Below are positions 48,177 to 58,847 of a stretch of DNA of 64,000 nucleotides, piece by piece (the first letter of the stretch is position 1; every line of letters starts with the position of its first letter). The stretch is from Candidatus Cloacimonadales bacterium (GTDB taxonomy: Bacteria > Cloacimonadota > Cloacimonadia > Cloacimonadales > DAONDQ01): contig OY759316.1 of assembly GCA_963662275.1 (NCBI GenBank), forward strand, positions 4,096,001-4,160,000. Direction: 5' to 3'. The position numbers and the translations under genes are program-made. Under the pieces are notes generated by a model that worked only from the letters and a program-made list of their open reading frames with translations, was not told where the DNA came from and ran no database searches.

Positions 48177-50528
48177 CTATTTCACCTTTATCATCTTTTT
48201 AGTATAGCTATGTCCCGGTTTATCCACTTTACAGAAATAGACACCCGACGCTGTTGATTTGCCGTTATCATCCAAACCATTCCAGGTGAGTTGAATCGTA
48301 CCGGCACACATTTTACCCGCTGCCAGTGTTTTAACCTGCTGACCGCGAATATTATAAATATTGATAACGATGTCATCAGGGGAAGGCAAATCAAATTCAA
48401 TTTTTGTATTTTCCCGGAAAGGATTAGGGTAAATCCTGATATTGGATACATCTGCAATGGGGCTCGTATCATCATTAACATCAACAGAACCATATTCATA
48501 ACAGCCCATATCCACACCATTCCCATGAATACGAGAAGCGCCGTTCAGATCATAGGGATACAACCCGCCCGGTACATCAGTTGTCCCCGTATCGATACAG
48601 GGAGAACCGGAGGCTAGTTCATATGGTTTTTCAGTATTACCCGAATTGAATAAAGGCAATTCATTAATATTGCCTTCCTGCCAGTAAATGGTCCCCCACC
48701 AGTCTTCATTAAAAACACCAACAATTCCATCTTTCACATTACAGTGATTAAAAGCCACGTGATTAGCCGGCGGATTTGGTTCAAATGGATGAAGCAGAAA
48801 TACCTGGTGGGATGTATCATTAGCAAAAATACAGTTCCAGAAGTTCACCGAATCTGCACAAATCTGCACTGCTGCACTGGGGCTAAGATTATCAGCGAAT
48901 GTACAATTAATGATATTAAAAGGTCCATTTCCAGAGAAAATAATAGGTCTGCCTTTGTATTGTGCGTCTGAATATGCGCTTTGATTACTAGAAAATAGAC
49001 AGTTTTCGATGCGATAAGTAGGAGTTTCAAGATCGAATCCTGTCAACACACAAGCGGCTCCACCCAATTCTGTATTATCAGAGTTATTTTGAATTATGCA
49101 ATTTCGAACCATCCCTGAATCGTGAGCATCTATACGAAGTGCTGCACCTTGATGCCAACCTTCATCATTAAAACGGTCTGATTCATTATTAGTGAAAGAA
49201 CATGCTTCTAAAGACGTATTCCTGACGCTACATAAATATACTCCTGATATTCCATCTGCACCAATATTATTTGAAATTACTAAGTTTTTGAAAAAAATTG
49301 AATCTATCCTGTCTAGTGAAATAGCAGGGACCATTTTTGATGTACAGTTTTCAATTTTTATGTTCTCCAAATAGATATCTGTTGAAAATGCTCCATTAAT
49401 TGCTGATCTATAACTTTCGTGTTCAAAATTAGCGTAACTTAAGTTTTTGAAAACAAAATTGACTATGCCTCTTGGAATGCAGAGCATAGGATAATGGCTA
49501 TCACCATTCATGATTGTATTTTCCTGCGACTGTCCTATCACTTTGACGTATGATTTTGCACTTAAGGGCAATTTCTGAGTGTTAGTTACACTGGAATACA
49601 TCCCGTTTGCTATATGCACAGTTTTGGGATTAAGGCTATCACTGGCAATATTATGCAATGCCCACGCTATAGTTTTAAATGGAGATGCTGAAGTAAGTCC
49701 ATCGTTATGATCATCACCATCAGTTGCCACGTAGAAATCATGATTAACAGGTGTTAAAAAGGCATGATGGATGTCAAAGTGATATAGATAAATGTCCTCG
49801 ATAAAATTTACTTGTGTTTCCGCATAGTACCTGTCCGGGTTTATTACTGTAAAAGTATCTACTATCACATTAACTGTCATAGGTAAATCACAGCTTAAAA
49901 TGTCAGTTCCCTGCCCGGAATAATTATTATAGATACTGCATCGGTTATCTGCATCCATGGTAAAACTAATCTCATCACCTTGAAGACAAATACCACCGCC
50001 TCCTGCAGTGGCGAGATTATTAAAAAATGAAGTCCCTTTCAGACTTACACTTCCACGCCAAACAAATAATCCGCCTCCAAATTCTGTTTCATTGGCGAAT
50101 ATTCGACAATCTTCAATTGATAACATGCTATAATATCCAATAAGAATGCCTCCTCCGTCATCGAAGTAATAACAATGTTCACCTGACCCATTGGTAATGG
50201 AGAAGCCGATTATCCTCGCAGAAGTTTCTCCGCCCATCACACGTACACAACTGCCCATCCGTTGACCGTCAATAATCGTAGTCCCGATATAGACAGGATC
50301 ATTCATCGTGAACTTCAGACTGGCAACTGTAATGTTTTTACCGTTGAAATCTATGTTCTCCAAGTACCTGCCCGGATGGACAAGCACCAAGTCACCATTA
50401 TTAGAGGCATTGATGGCTGCCTGGATGGTTAGGTAATTCCCCAGCCCATCCTGTCTGACAGTGATCGTAATTGCGCTTAGTGATACTATTGAGATCGTAA
50501 CGATAATCAGCAGCATGAATTTTAACAT
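48177..50528 (-). CDS. Secreted parallel beta-helix protein with T9SS/FlgD-type CTD
   Basis: Signal peptide, TIQAAIN, GGGI repeats, FYVATDGDDHNDG, SPCIDTG, DMGCYE, YPNPF CTD. Confidence 0.85.
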   Translation of the reverse strand: MLKFMLLIIVTISIVSLSAITITVRQDGLGNYLTIQAAINASNNGDLVLVHPGRYLENIDFNGKNITVASLKFTMNDPVYIGTTIIDGQRMGSCVRVMGGETSARIIGFSITNGSGEHCYYFDDGGGILIGYYSMLSIEDCRIFANETEFGGGLFVWRGSVSLKGTSFFNNLATAGGGGICLQGDEISFTMDADNRCSIYNNYSGQGTDILSCDLPMTVNVIVDTFTVINPDRYYAETQVNFIEDIYLYHFDIHHAFLTPVNHDFYVATDGDDHNDGLTSASPFKTIAWALHNIASDSLNPKTVHIANGMYSSVTNTQKLPLSAKSYVKVIGQSQENTIMNGDSHYPMLCIPRGIVNFVFKNLSYANFEHESYRSAINGAFSTDIYLENIKIENCTSKMVPAISLDRIDSIFFKNLVISNNIGADGISGVYLCSVRNTSLEACSFTNNESDRFNDEGWHQGAALRIDAHDSGMVRNCIIQNNSDNTELGGAACVLTGFDLETPTYRIENCLFSSNQSAYSDAQYKGRPIIFSGNGPFNIINCTFADNLSPSAAVQICADSVNFWNCIFANDTSHQVFLLHPFEPNPPANHVAFNHCNVKDGIVGVFNEDWWGTIYWQEGNINELPLFNSGNTEKPYELASGSPCIDTGTTDVPGGLYPYDLNGASRIHGNGVDMGCYEYGSVDVNDDTSPIADVSNIRIYPNPFRENTKIEFDLPSPDDIVINIYNIRGQQVKTLAAGKMCAGTIQLTWNGLDDNGKSTASGVYFCKVDKPGHSYTKKMIKVK

Positions 50529-50734
50529 CTTTTCTCCAGGATTATCAGGCAGAGAGACCAGCTCTCTGCCTGAATCATGTTTTGTCTCTTTACTTCTGTT
50601 TATATTGATACACGTTTTAGGATATTAAGTAACATTTAACAGGTGTTAGAGATGAATCATCGCCTTCGCAAGGATGACAGTGCTGTTATTCTGATCTTCT
50701 GCCCCAGCACCTGGCACCTAGCACCTTCTGCAAT

Positions 50735-53227
50735 CTATTTCAGCAGCATCAGCTTTTTCATGACCTGGTGTTCAGCAGTCTGCAAGCGGGCAAAATATAT
50801 ACCGCTGCTCACTGCTTCACCATTTTCATTATTGCCGTCCCATTTGATTTTGTGAGAACCTTCAGTTTGCCAGCCATCCCACAGAGTTTTTACCAGTTGT
50901 CCCTTCACATTATAAATCTGCAGAGAGGACGAACCGGCTTTAACAGTATTGTATTCAATGACAGTACTGGGATTGAAAGGATTGGGATAACAGGTCATTC
51001 GTATCGGTACTTCTGCAGCAGGTGTCATGAACGATAGCCTGGTGCCGGCATAGAGGTAATCATCACCCTTATGCAGTTTCAAAGGCGACTGTGTAATGAC
51101 CCTGGTTTGAGGATCATAGACGTAGGCTGTGGAAATGTGCTGCAGACCGGCTTTCGATGCGTAGTATTTGACAATTTCCAGTTCCGTGTCTTCCGGAAGG
51201 TCAAGGACATAAGCATTGATCTCCATCAGCGTATCATCAACAACCGAAGCTCCTTTGCAGACACCGTCGGCATAGACAGCGATTTCTTTCAATCCGGTTT
51301 CTGCTCCGAGAGCGATAAAGACAGGCAGGTAATCCGCTTTCTCATTGAAGGTGAAATATTCCGGTATTTCCCTGACTACATGGGGTATTGGATTAATCCG
51401 ATTCCAGATAAAACTCGGAACTTCATTATAGCATTTAATGATTGCCATATCGCCATAATTGAACTGTCTTTTCCCGCTGGAAATCATCCAGCCGTCTTTT
51501 GTTCTTGCCATAAACCAGGTTTGGGTTTGAATCGAATACACATTTGCCCAGATGGAAGCTAGGGCTTTTTCAGGGGACTGGGACTCCGGCAGAAAATATC
51601 CAACCCAGTTTTCAATGCGGTTGCCGTACAGGTGAAGCGGTGTATCCGGTGAACATCTCGGTGCGGTGATCGAAAGCTCAGAATAATCTGCGGGTGTAGT
51701 AATCAGAGCTTTGTATCCTTGGGGTGAAGTGATTATGTGGTTAGAATTTTGCCAACTTGAAGAACTATACAAAAATGAGCTTTCAGTGCCTCTATTTGAC
51801 CACACTTCATAATCAAGAACCCCTGTACCGCTAAGATGCGACATGACATTCCCAATCTGAGGATTCGTGTCATAGACATCCAGGACGGGATAACAGAGCC
51901 AGGTCCAGCCATGATGGATGGAATCAGTACCGTAGAACTTGTAGTTGCGTGTTTCCTGGGAAACAGGTAATGCTCCCATATCACTACGGGTATTATCAGC
52001 ATCAGGAAGTTGAGGATCACCGGAATCAATGCATGGGCTTTTACAGTTTGGTTCCCAGGCTAGCGAGAAGTCATCAGCCTCCAGGTTCTTAAACCCGGGA
52101 TCAAGATTAATAGTGCCTGTGTTAATCGTCGGATACACGGTATTACCAATATCGCAATAGGTAATTGTCTGGGGATATTCATTGCTGGAACCAAACGCGC
52201 CATTAGTTGCCAGTTGTATTGGCAGGTCATTATGCATCGCATCCTGGTTATGATAAATAATGCAATTGCTTAAAACTGCCTGACCGCCCAGATTGCCGGA
52301 AGCTCTCTCAAAATAAACGCCGACAGCATTGGTAGATGATATGTGATTATGCGCAACTGTGCAATAATCCATGATAAATCTCACTTTATCCGGACCCAAA
52401 AAGTTGAATGCATCCGCTGCATAGATGGCACAGGAATGGGAGAAGTTATCGTATACCAGGCAACTGCCGAATAGTACATTGTAGGCATTTGACTGATTTG
52501 CTGCAGCATGATTAACTTCAAATGCCCCGGCATATCCTGCAGGAGCAGAATTTGTATAAATCCCGCACGCCTGGATTGTATGCGTACCTTCTTCAATATA
52601 CAAGCCCCCTCCGGAACTGTCATACCCTCCGTCATCTGCAACTGAATTGCTGTATATTTTACAATTTGTAATGCTGCTGCTTCCCCGCATGAGGGCAATG
52701 CCTCCGCCATGAAGAGCAGTATTATTCCTGATATCGCAATGATCAATATTTACATTTATGGCATTTTTACAGAATACTCCGCCGCCTCTGCGCTCATTAT
52801 GCCCATTTGCCGAAATTAATGTACCACCGCCATTTTTCAGTGTGAAACCCTTCAGATAAATACTTACACCCGGAGTGACACAATTAATGATCTCACAGGC
52901 GGAATCCGTTAATTGAGTTCCCGTGTTTCCGTGGATCATGGTGGAGCCGATAAAATTGGAATTATACGCTTCATAGTAACGGCTCTCAATCGTCAGGTTA
53001 GATGTCCTTCCTGAAATGACAATCGGTCCATAGTCACCGGGATAAACAATAATCCTGACAGCCTCGTTAGGATTCATGCACGATATTGCCGTATAAATTT
53101 GCTGGAATGGAGAGGCAAGCGTACCTGCTCCGCCGGTTGAAGATGTGATGTTGACATAAAGCGTTTGCAGCGAGAATAAGATAGAAGTGAGTGTGAGCAG
53201 CGTTCCCAAGAAAATGACTCGTTTCAT
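50735..53227 (-). CDS. Secreted parallel beta-helix protein with T9SS/FlgD-type CTD
   Basis: Signal peptide, GGGV/GGGI repeats, SPCIDSGDP, CYPNPFNPST...SSGIYF. Confidence 0.85.
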   Translation of the reverse strand: MKRVIFLGTLLTLTSILFSLQTLYVNITSSTGGAGTLASPFQQIYTAISCMNPNEAVRIIVYPGDYGPIVISGRTSNLTIESRYYEAYNSNFIGSTMIHGNTGTQLTDSACEIINCVTPGVSIYLKGFTLKNGGGTLISANGHNERRGGGVFCKNAINVNIDHCDIRNNTALHGGGIALMRGSSSITNCKIYSNSVADDGGYDSSGGGLYIEEGTHTIQACGIYTNSAPAGYAGAFEVNHAAANQSNAYNVLFGSCLVYDNFSHSCAIYAADAFNFLGPDKVRFIMDYCTVAHNHISSTNAVGVYFERASGNLGGQAVLSNCIIYHNQDAMHNDLPIQLATNGAFGSSNEYPQTITYCDIGNTVYPTINTGTINLDPGFKNLEADDFSLAWEPNCKSPCIDSGDPQLPDADNTRSDMGALPVSQETRNYKFYGTDSIHHGWTWLCYPVLDVYDTNPQIGNVMSHLSGTGVLDYEVWSNRGTESSFLYSSSSWQNSNHIITSPQGYKALITTPADYSELSITAPRCSPDTPLHLYGNRIENWVGYFLPESQSPEKALASIWANVYSIQTQTWFMARTKDGWMISSGKRQFNYGDMAIIKCYNEVPSFIWNRINPIPHVVREIPEYFTFNEKADYLPVFIALGAETGLKEIAVYADGVCKGASVVDDTLMEINAYVLDLPEDTELEIVKYYASKAGLQHISTAYVYDPQTRVITQSPLKLHKGDDYLYAGTRLSFMTPAAEVPIRMTCYPNPFNPSTVIEYNTVKAGSSSLQIYNVKGQLVKTLWDGWQTEGSHKIKWDGNNENGEAVSSGIYFARLQTAEHQVMKKLMLLK

Positions 53228-53624
53228 TTTTTCCTCCGTGGGTTTTCCTAAAACGTGTATGCCTTAATAGTAATCATTATAATTATATGTCAAGAAAAAG
53301 ATGGGAATAAATTAATAATTAAATACAAATTGAATATGATGATATTTCTAACTATATATGGGATCATTTGCAGTCGAGACATGGAACGCTGTTTTCAAAC
53401 GGCTATGCTTCCGGATAAACTACTATCATTCCACTTAATTGATACCAAGTTCATACCAGTTTCAATCCTGTTTCATTCCTGTTTCGAGAAATTGGTATGA
53501 GATAGGATTAATATTTGTTTGATCTTGCTATATATCAAGTATACACTTTGAGGAAAGATGTCGGTGTATGGTGGAATTAGGATGATTATATGGTTATATT
53601 ATGGATGATCATATTATGGAATTG

Positions 53625-54016
53625 TCGAGGAACGAGTCCGAATGACGTTACTCTGTTAGCCCAGGAAGTCCCTACTGGGAAAAGTAGGGGTCCGCGTCAG
53701 CAGACAAATTCTGGTTCGGAGTCCGGTAGGACGGAACAAGACTGTAGCGCTTACTTTAGGAGGTTTTTTCTTTGTGGTCACTGCTTCAGCTTGCGGGTTA
53801 TGATCTTTAGGTCATAGTCTGCCGTCCTGTGAGCTACCGGAACGCCTGACCCCGTCAGGTGGCATAACGCACCCCGTGCGTTTCTATCTCCAAGCTGAAG
53901 CAGGATCGGCATCCTGCTCTACAAAGAAGGCAACCTGAAGGATGCCACTACCAAAGAAAGACAGTAAGATCGGCGTCTTACTTTACGCATACCATAAGAT
54001 TGGAATCTTATGCCAC
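53625..54016. repeat. GC-rich mosaic of palindromic/REP-like elements
   Basis: ccctactgggaaaagtaggg, cctgaccccgtcagg, aacgcaccccgtgcgtt, agcaggatcggcatcctgctctac, agtaagatcggcgtcttactttac. Confidence 0.65.
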
Positions 54017-54017
54017 G

Positions 54018-55181
54018 TTAGAACTTCACAATCTTGCGAGTGTGGTTCATGCCATTTTTTTTTGCATTCACAAGATATATACCACTACTTACCAGATCGT
54101 TAAACCTATCCTTACCATCCCAGGTCACTGAAGTACTCTTATTTACATCCCATTTCCTGACCAATTGACCTTTGATGTTGTAGATGGCAATATCGGGTAG
54201 CGCAGTAGATTTGTCTTTCAATTCGATGTTAACATTGCTTCTGAAAGGATTTGGATATACGTTCATAGAAAGATCTGGTGTTGGAGCTATTGGATCGTCG
54301 TTGGGTACGATTGTTTCCCAGGTGAATGTCATCAGAGTTGTTGCAGGATCAGGTCCACCACGATCAAACTTATAATATGTAATGTACCCTTCATCATCAA
54401 ATTTCAAAGTATAGTCAAAGAAATCATGAAATGTGATCGTGAAAGGAGAATTCGAATACAAAGGATAAACCATTGAAGTGATACCTTGATCAGGAATAAT
54501 ATAACTGTTTATCTGAAAATGTTTATCATATATCATTCTCAATTTGAACAGCATCGTATTATTGTAATATTGCAATATCTCATCAAGATTTATATCTATA
54601 GGATTTATTGGTAATCCCTCTGGATAAGTAATAGGAATTTCGTATGCGCCATAAGTAATCGCAGTTAATAGTCCTTGAGTATTATAAAGCATTCTATACA
54701 TAACAGATTGTGATTGTAAACTATCTAGTTTGTCATACTCGTTGTAATAACTTTTCCTCGACACTCCATTACCGGAATAATCTATAATCCTGTTTTGATT
54801 GTCTTTGATGATATCGACCATTCCTCCCGGCAATAAAGAATAATGAATGTGCTTTAGTCCACCTTCCCATATCATGCTTCCCGTATAATCAACTGAAGTT
54901 GAGCTAGTTGTATCGACAATTTCATCTCCATTATACCATACATTGTAATCATTTTGTGTAACAACAGAATCAATTAATTCCACGTTTTCCGTTTGATAAA
55001 AGTAGTTTGTCATTATATTAGTGCTTTCTAGAGTTATATCATCCGGGTGTGCAAGATAACTGCTATTCATGGAAATAATATGCTTCCCATTTATCGGACG
55101 TGCATCACCATAATTGGCAATAGGGTATAGAAGCAGTAAAAGCGAGAATAAGACAATCCTAGTAAGATAAGGTGTTTTCAT
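54018..55181 (-). CDS. Secreted hypothetical protein with T9SS/FlgD-type CTD
   Basis: Signal peptide; VYPNPF...IYNIKGQLV...SSGIY. Confidence 0.8.
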   Translation of the reverse strand: MKTPYLTRIVLFSLLLLLYPIANYGDARPINGKHIISMNSSYLAHPDDITLESTNIMTNYFYQTENVELIDSVVTQNDYNVWYNGDEIVDTTSSTSVDYTGSMIWEGGLKHIHYSLLPGGMVDIIKDNQNRIIDYSGNGVSRKSYYNEYDKLDSLQSQSVMYRMLYNTQGLLTAITYGAYEIPITYPEGLPINPIDINLDEILQYYNNTMLFKLRMIYDKHFQINSYIIPDQGITSMVYPLYSNSPFTITFHDFFDYTLKFDDEGYITYYKFDRGGPDPATTLMTFTWETIVPNDDPIAPTPDLSMNVYPNPFRSNVNIELKDKSTALPDIAIYNIKGQLVRKWDVNKSTSVTWDGKDRFNDLVSSGIYLVNAKKNGMNHTRKIVKF

Positions 55182-55191
55182 ATGTCCTTCA

Positions 55192-58100
55192 CTATTTAAG
55201 AAGCATCATTTTGTTTGTATAGATTTTACCTTCTGTCATCATGCGATATAAATAGATACCGCTCGTGACCTTATCTCCATGTTCATCTGTGCCATCCCAC
55301 GAGATAACATTAACTCCTTGTTTAGACGCATCCCCATTCAATGACCTGATATGTTGTCCGCTGATATTGAATATTTCGAATGTCGCCGGACTATTTGTCT
55401 TCAATTCATAACTAATTTTGATAGAAGATGCAAAAGGATTTGGGGAAGCTGAAATCAGCCTGGTAATACCTGGACTAGTCCCAGGATCTAGATTACCAAC
55501 AGGCTTTTCAATCGTATTGGAAAAACCGGCTGGAGATAATTGATTTCCTGAATATATCGCTTGCACCGCATATTTATATAATCCTGATACTACGTTTTGC
55601 CAACCATTATCTACACAAAAAGTAGTATCAATACTCCCAAAAATCAATGTCCAGGCATTTGGATTTTCAATATCACTCTCCAGCAGCAGCCAGACTTTAA
55701 ATCCATTCAACGAGCGCAGTATATCTCCAACTGGAGACTGCCAAGAGATGGCAGCTAGAGTATTGTCCGAATTATTCAGGGCTATTACATTGAACGGTAC
55801 TTTCAAACTATCCGATAAAGCAATATTTTGCTGCAGAGTATGATTAGCAGAAATCGTGATATTCAAAGGTGAGATATTCTGATAGCCATTTGCTGAGCAC
55901 GAAAGATAATAATCCCCATACCAAATACTGCTGAATGTGTAATTCCCGTTCACATCAGTAACTGTCATATACGGGTCAATACCGTTGGGAGTTACCCGGG
56001 TTAGTGTCAGTGCTGTATTTACAATTGGATGAAGATCCTGATCATGTACAGTTCCTGTTAAATCACCATAAATAAATCGAAAAACAGCATGGGAAAAAGA
56101 TGGTGCTGATACAATATCATTTGAATACTGTGCCTTGACTGCATAACGATATAAACCAGCATCAATGCTACACCAGGCTGTATCAATAAAAAAAGCGGAT
56201 GAGGCAGGAACATTTCCTAATAATGTCCATGTTTCTTCATTATCCTGCTGGGCACTAGGCAAACGCCAAATCATATAACCAACCAGGTTTCTGTCTCTTT
56301 GACTGAAATCTGCCTGATTATTCCTATCCGATTTGTTTTTTGTACCTTCCAGACTGATTTTCTCTGCAATACTTCTTTGTCCAGGCAATTGCCAATTGAT
56401 TTGCACCGAATTATTACCCGCTTGGAGAGTTGCTGTAACACTGCTTGGGGGATTTGACGATTCTGACATGAAAATCGTACCCATATCATAATTTTCATCA
56501 AAAACATTGATGGTATTCGTTACTGTGTTATAGGATTGTTTAATAACGAAATACTGATATTGATTATCCCTTAATACAAAAGGGATTGAAAATTGTCCCA
56601 AATTATTCGTTAATCCGGTATATGACTGGGTTCCAATCATACGAACAGTGGCATTCTGGATTGCAACAGGAGGATTCCCTCCAAGAACGATACCTGATAC
56701 AGTTATTGGAGGAATTGGAGCTGTAAGGTTGAAATCCAGATGTATCATTTGTATGTTGGAAACAACAATATTATTGATTGTTTGAGTATCAAATCCCGGT
56801 GCATGTACTGTTACAGAATATGTTCCGTAAGGTAGTAACAAAGAATAATCACCATTCGCATCCGATGTAGTAGAATATTGTGCGGTTGTGATTGTAGCAT
56901 GTGCGATCACCAGATGATTATCTGCTCGCCTGATTGTCCCATAAATCCCTGGAATGGTTTGAATCCAACCAGGGAAATCGATGTCGATCTTCATATATTT
57001 GACGTTTCCGCCATCATTCTCTCCAACCGGTGGATCTATGGAAGATGCACCCCAAGTATTATCGTGATAATACATTAGACTCAGTCTTCCAATAGTATGT
57101 TCCTCACTGTCTGTTCCCAGAAACTGAATTTGATCAGCAGGATATACCCACATTGGTCTGTTTCCCGTAAATTCTGCTATTTCCACTGAATTAAGCACTA
57201 TCGGTTCAGACCAAATCAAACCATTATCGGTAGAAACGGAGATATAAATTTCTGGAACGGTCTCATAGGCAGCATATTGTAAATCTTCCTGATGATACTT
57301 TCTTGACCTCCAGGAATTTTGCCAGACACTTGCCATCATGCCTTGAGAATTTACTTCTGTGACTTTGATATTGTTATACAGAAAACGCATGGCACCATCA
57401 TGGACAGTGTCGTCCCAATAGCTGTAATTCCAGTCATCATACATGTAAGGATTACCTGAAAGCGCATTATAATTATCAACTGAGCCATTGCCATCAGTAT
57501 CCCAAGGCTGCCAGTAAATATTATCATAAGATGTCCCTGCAATTGGATATACTTCCCGGATACTAAATTGATGTGTATCAATATCGAAAACCATTTCTTT
57601 TATCGTATTGAAAGCCGGATAAAAAGTACCATCAGAAGTACTTAATGTCCACATCCCCTGGTAATGAATGAGTCCATTGTTATCGATGACAGCGTTTAGA
57701 TGACCGGAATCCCGGATTTTCCAGAATAATTCAGAGTCCAGGTATGGTACTCCATTCTCTTTCACAAAAAATCCAGGACCTGTCCCAGATTGGGTATGCG
57801 GATTCCAACTGGGTAACTTACTGGAAGCGCTATATCTCTGCCAAGTTCCCTGACCATAATTATCACAGGAAAAGACATCCATATCCGCTTCATTGATCTC
57901 CGTATTGCCAGCTATGTTATAGGCAGTATGGTAACCTGCAACATAAATCCTGTCATTAATTCCAGTGACCAGTGAATAAAAAGGTTGTCGCCAGTTGATC
58001 ATATCCACGTTCCAATTATCCATTTCCGGAATATGGATGCTATTCCAGATTAACGTATCTCCATTTTCGAGATTTGAAGGAGTAAAGTCGGCCCATTCAA

Positions 58101-58821
58101 TGATTGGATTCCCGCACGGGTAGCCATTATGACTTGCTGCATTGCGTGATAAAATATACACACGCCGATAGTCTGGAAAAGGAGATGGACCAATTACTAC
58201 GGTAGGAGATTGGAATTCGTTATCGGTAATAGAAATCCCATTGACTACATTTGTTTCCGGATAGGTCAGGATTTTAATAGGTTCACTAATCAAACCGGGG
58301 ATATGTTCCAGGTATGCATCCCAGGCAAAGGAAACATCATGATGTGTATTTGTGGGTGGATCATGGCTGGTATTCCAGGCGAAAAACGGCTTTCCTGAAT
58401 AAGGGTCTATATCCAAAGCAGGATATTCTTCATTAATATTATCTTCTGTTAACTCATTATTACATTCATACTCATCATCATAGTCTAAATATGAGTAAAA
58501 TACACGTCTTTGACCACCATTAGCAGATGTCTCTATTTGAGCCATATAAGTTAAATATATACCACCACCACCTGCCTCACTTTGCACTTTCATCGGTAAA
58601 TTATTATAGCTGCCTATCATATAATCATAATAGGATGTTCTTATGCTGGAAGGAAGAACACCGAATTCAAAGGTGGGAACCGGACGCAACGAAGTAGGAT
58701 TATGACTTGATTCAAATTGAGGGTATTGGGCACGACCAATAGGTACGTACTGCTCCTGGTCATTCGATAAAAGATAACTGAAGGATATAAGAATAATAAC
58801 AACGGATAATAATCTGTTCAT
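55192..58821 (-). CDS. Large secreted protein with carboxypeptidase-regulatory-like/FN3 repeats and T9SS/FlgD-type CTD
   Basis: Signal peptide, repeated GT(I/V)...TD.NG.Y modules, two YAV.A.YS FN3-like modules, SPNPF...SGIYLY. Confidence 0.85.
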   Translation of the reverse strand: MNRLLSVVIILISFSYLLSNDQEQYVPIGRAQYPQFESSHNPTSLRPVPTFEFGVLPSSIRTSYYDYMIGSYNNLPMKVQSEAGGGGIYLTYMAQIETSANGGQRRVFYSYLDYDDEYECNNELTEDNINEEYPALDIDPYSGKPFFAWNTSHDPPTNTHHDVSFAWDAYLEHIPGLISEPIKILTYPETNVVNGISITDNEFQSPTVVIGPSPFPDYRRVYILSRNAASHNGYPCGNPIIEWADFTPSNLENGDTLIWNSIHIPEMDNWNVDMINWRQPFYSLVTGINDRIYVAGYHTAYNIAGNTEINEADMDVFSCDNYGQGTWQRYSASSKLPSWNPHTQSGTGPGFFVKENGVPYLDSELFWKIRDSGHLNAVIDNNGLIHYQGMWTLSTSDGTFYPAFNTIKEMVFDIDTHQFSIREVYPIAGTSYDNIYWQPWDTDGNGSVDNYNALSGNPYMYDDWNYSYWDDTVHDGAMRFLYNNIKVTEVNSQGMMASVWQNSWRSRKYHQEDLQYAAYETVPEIYISVSTDNGLIWSEPIVLNSVEIAEFTGNRPMWVYPADQIQFLGTDSEEHTIGRLSLMYYHDNTWGASSIDPPVGENDGGNVKYMKIDIDFPGWIQTIPGIYGTIRRADNHLVIAHATITTAQYSTTSDANGDYSLLLPYGTYSVTVHAPGFDTQTINNIVVSNIQMIHLDFNLTAPIPPITVSGIVLGGNPPVAIQNATVRMIGTQSYTGLTNNLGQFSIPFVLRDNQYQYFVIKQSYNTVTNTINVFDENYDMGTIFMSESSNPPSSVTATLQAGNNSVQINWQLPGQRSIAEKISLEGTKNKSDRNNQADFSQRDRNLVGYMIWRLPSAQQDNEETWTLLGNVPASSAFFIDTAWCSIDAGLYRYAVKAQYSNDIVSAPSFSHAVFRFIYGDLTGTVHDQDLHPIVNTALTLTRVTPNGIDPYMTVTDVNGNYTFSSIWYGDYYLSCSANGYQNISPLNITISANHTLQQNIALSDSLKVPFNVIALNNSDNTLAAISWQSPVGDILRSLNGFKVWLLLESDIENPNAWTLIFGSIDTTFCVDNGWQNVVSGLYKYAVQAIYSGNQLSPAGFSNTIEKPVGNLDPGTSPGITRLISASPNPFASSIKISYELKTNSPATFEIFNISGQHIRSLNGDASKQGVNVISWDGTDEHGDKVTSGIYLYRMMTEGKIYTNKMMLLK

Positions 58822-58847
58822 CTTAGCTCCCTAATAATCAGGTCAAT

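Noticed and set aside
43648..48445. DGR template/variable repeat pair (orphan CTD versus the 3' end of 48177-50528)
   Set aside because: Differences are mostly synonymous and not adenine-specific on either strand; no reverse transcriptase in the window.
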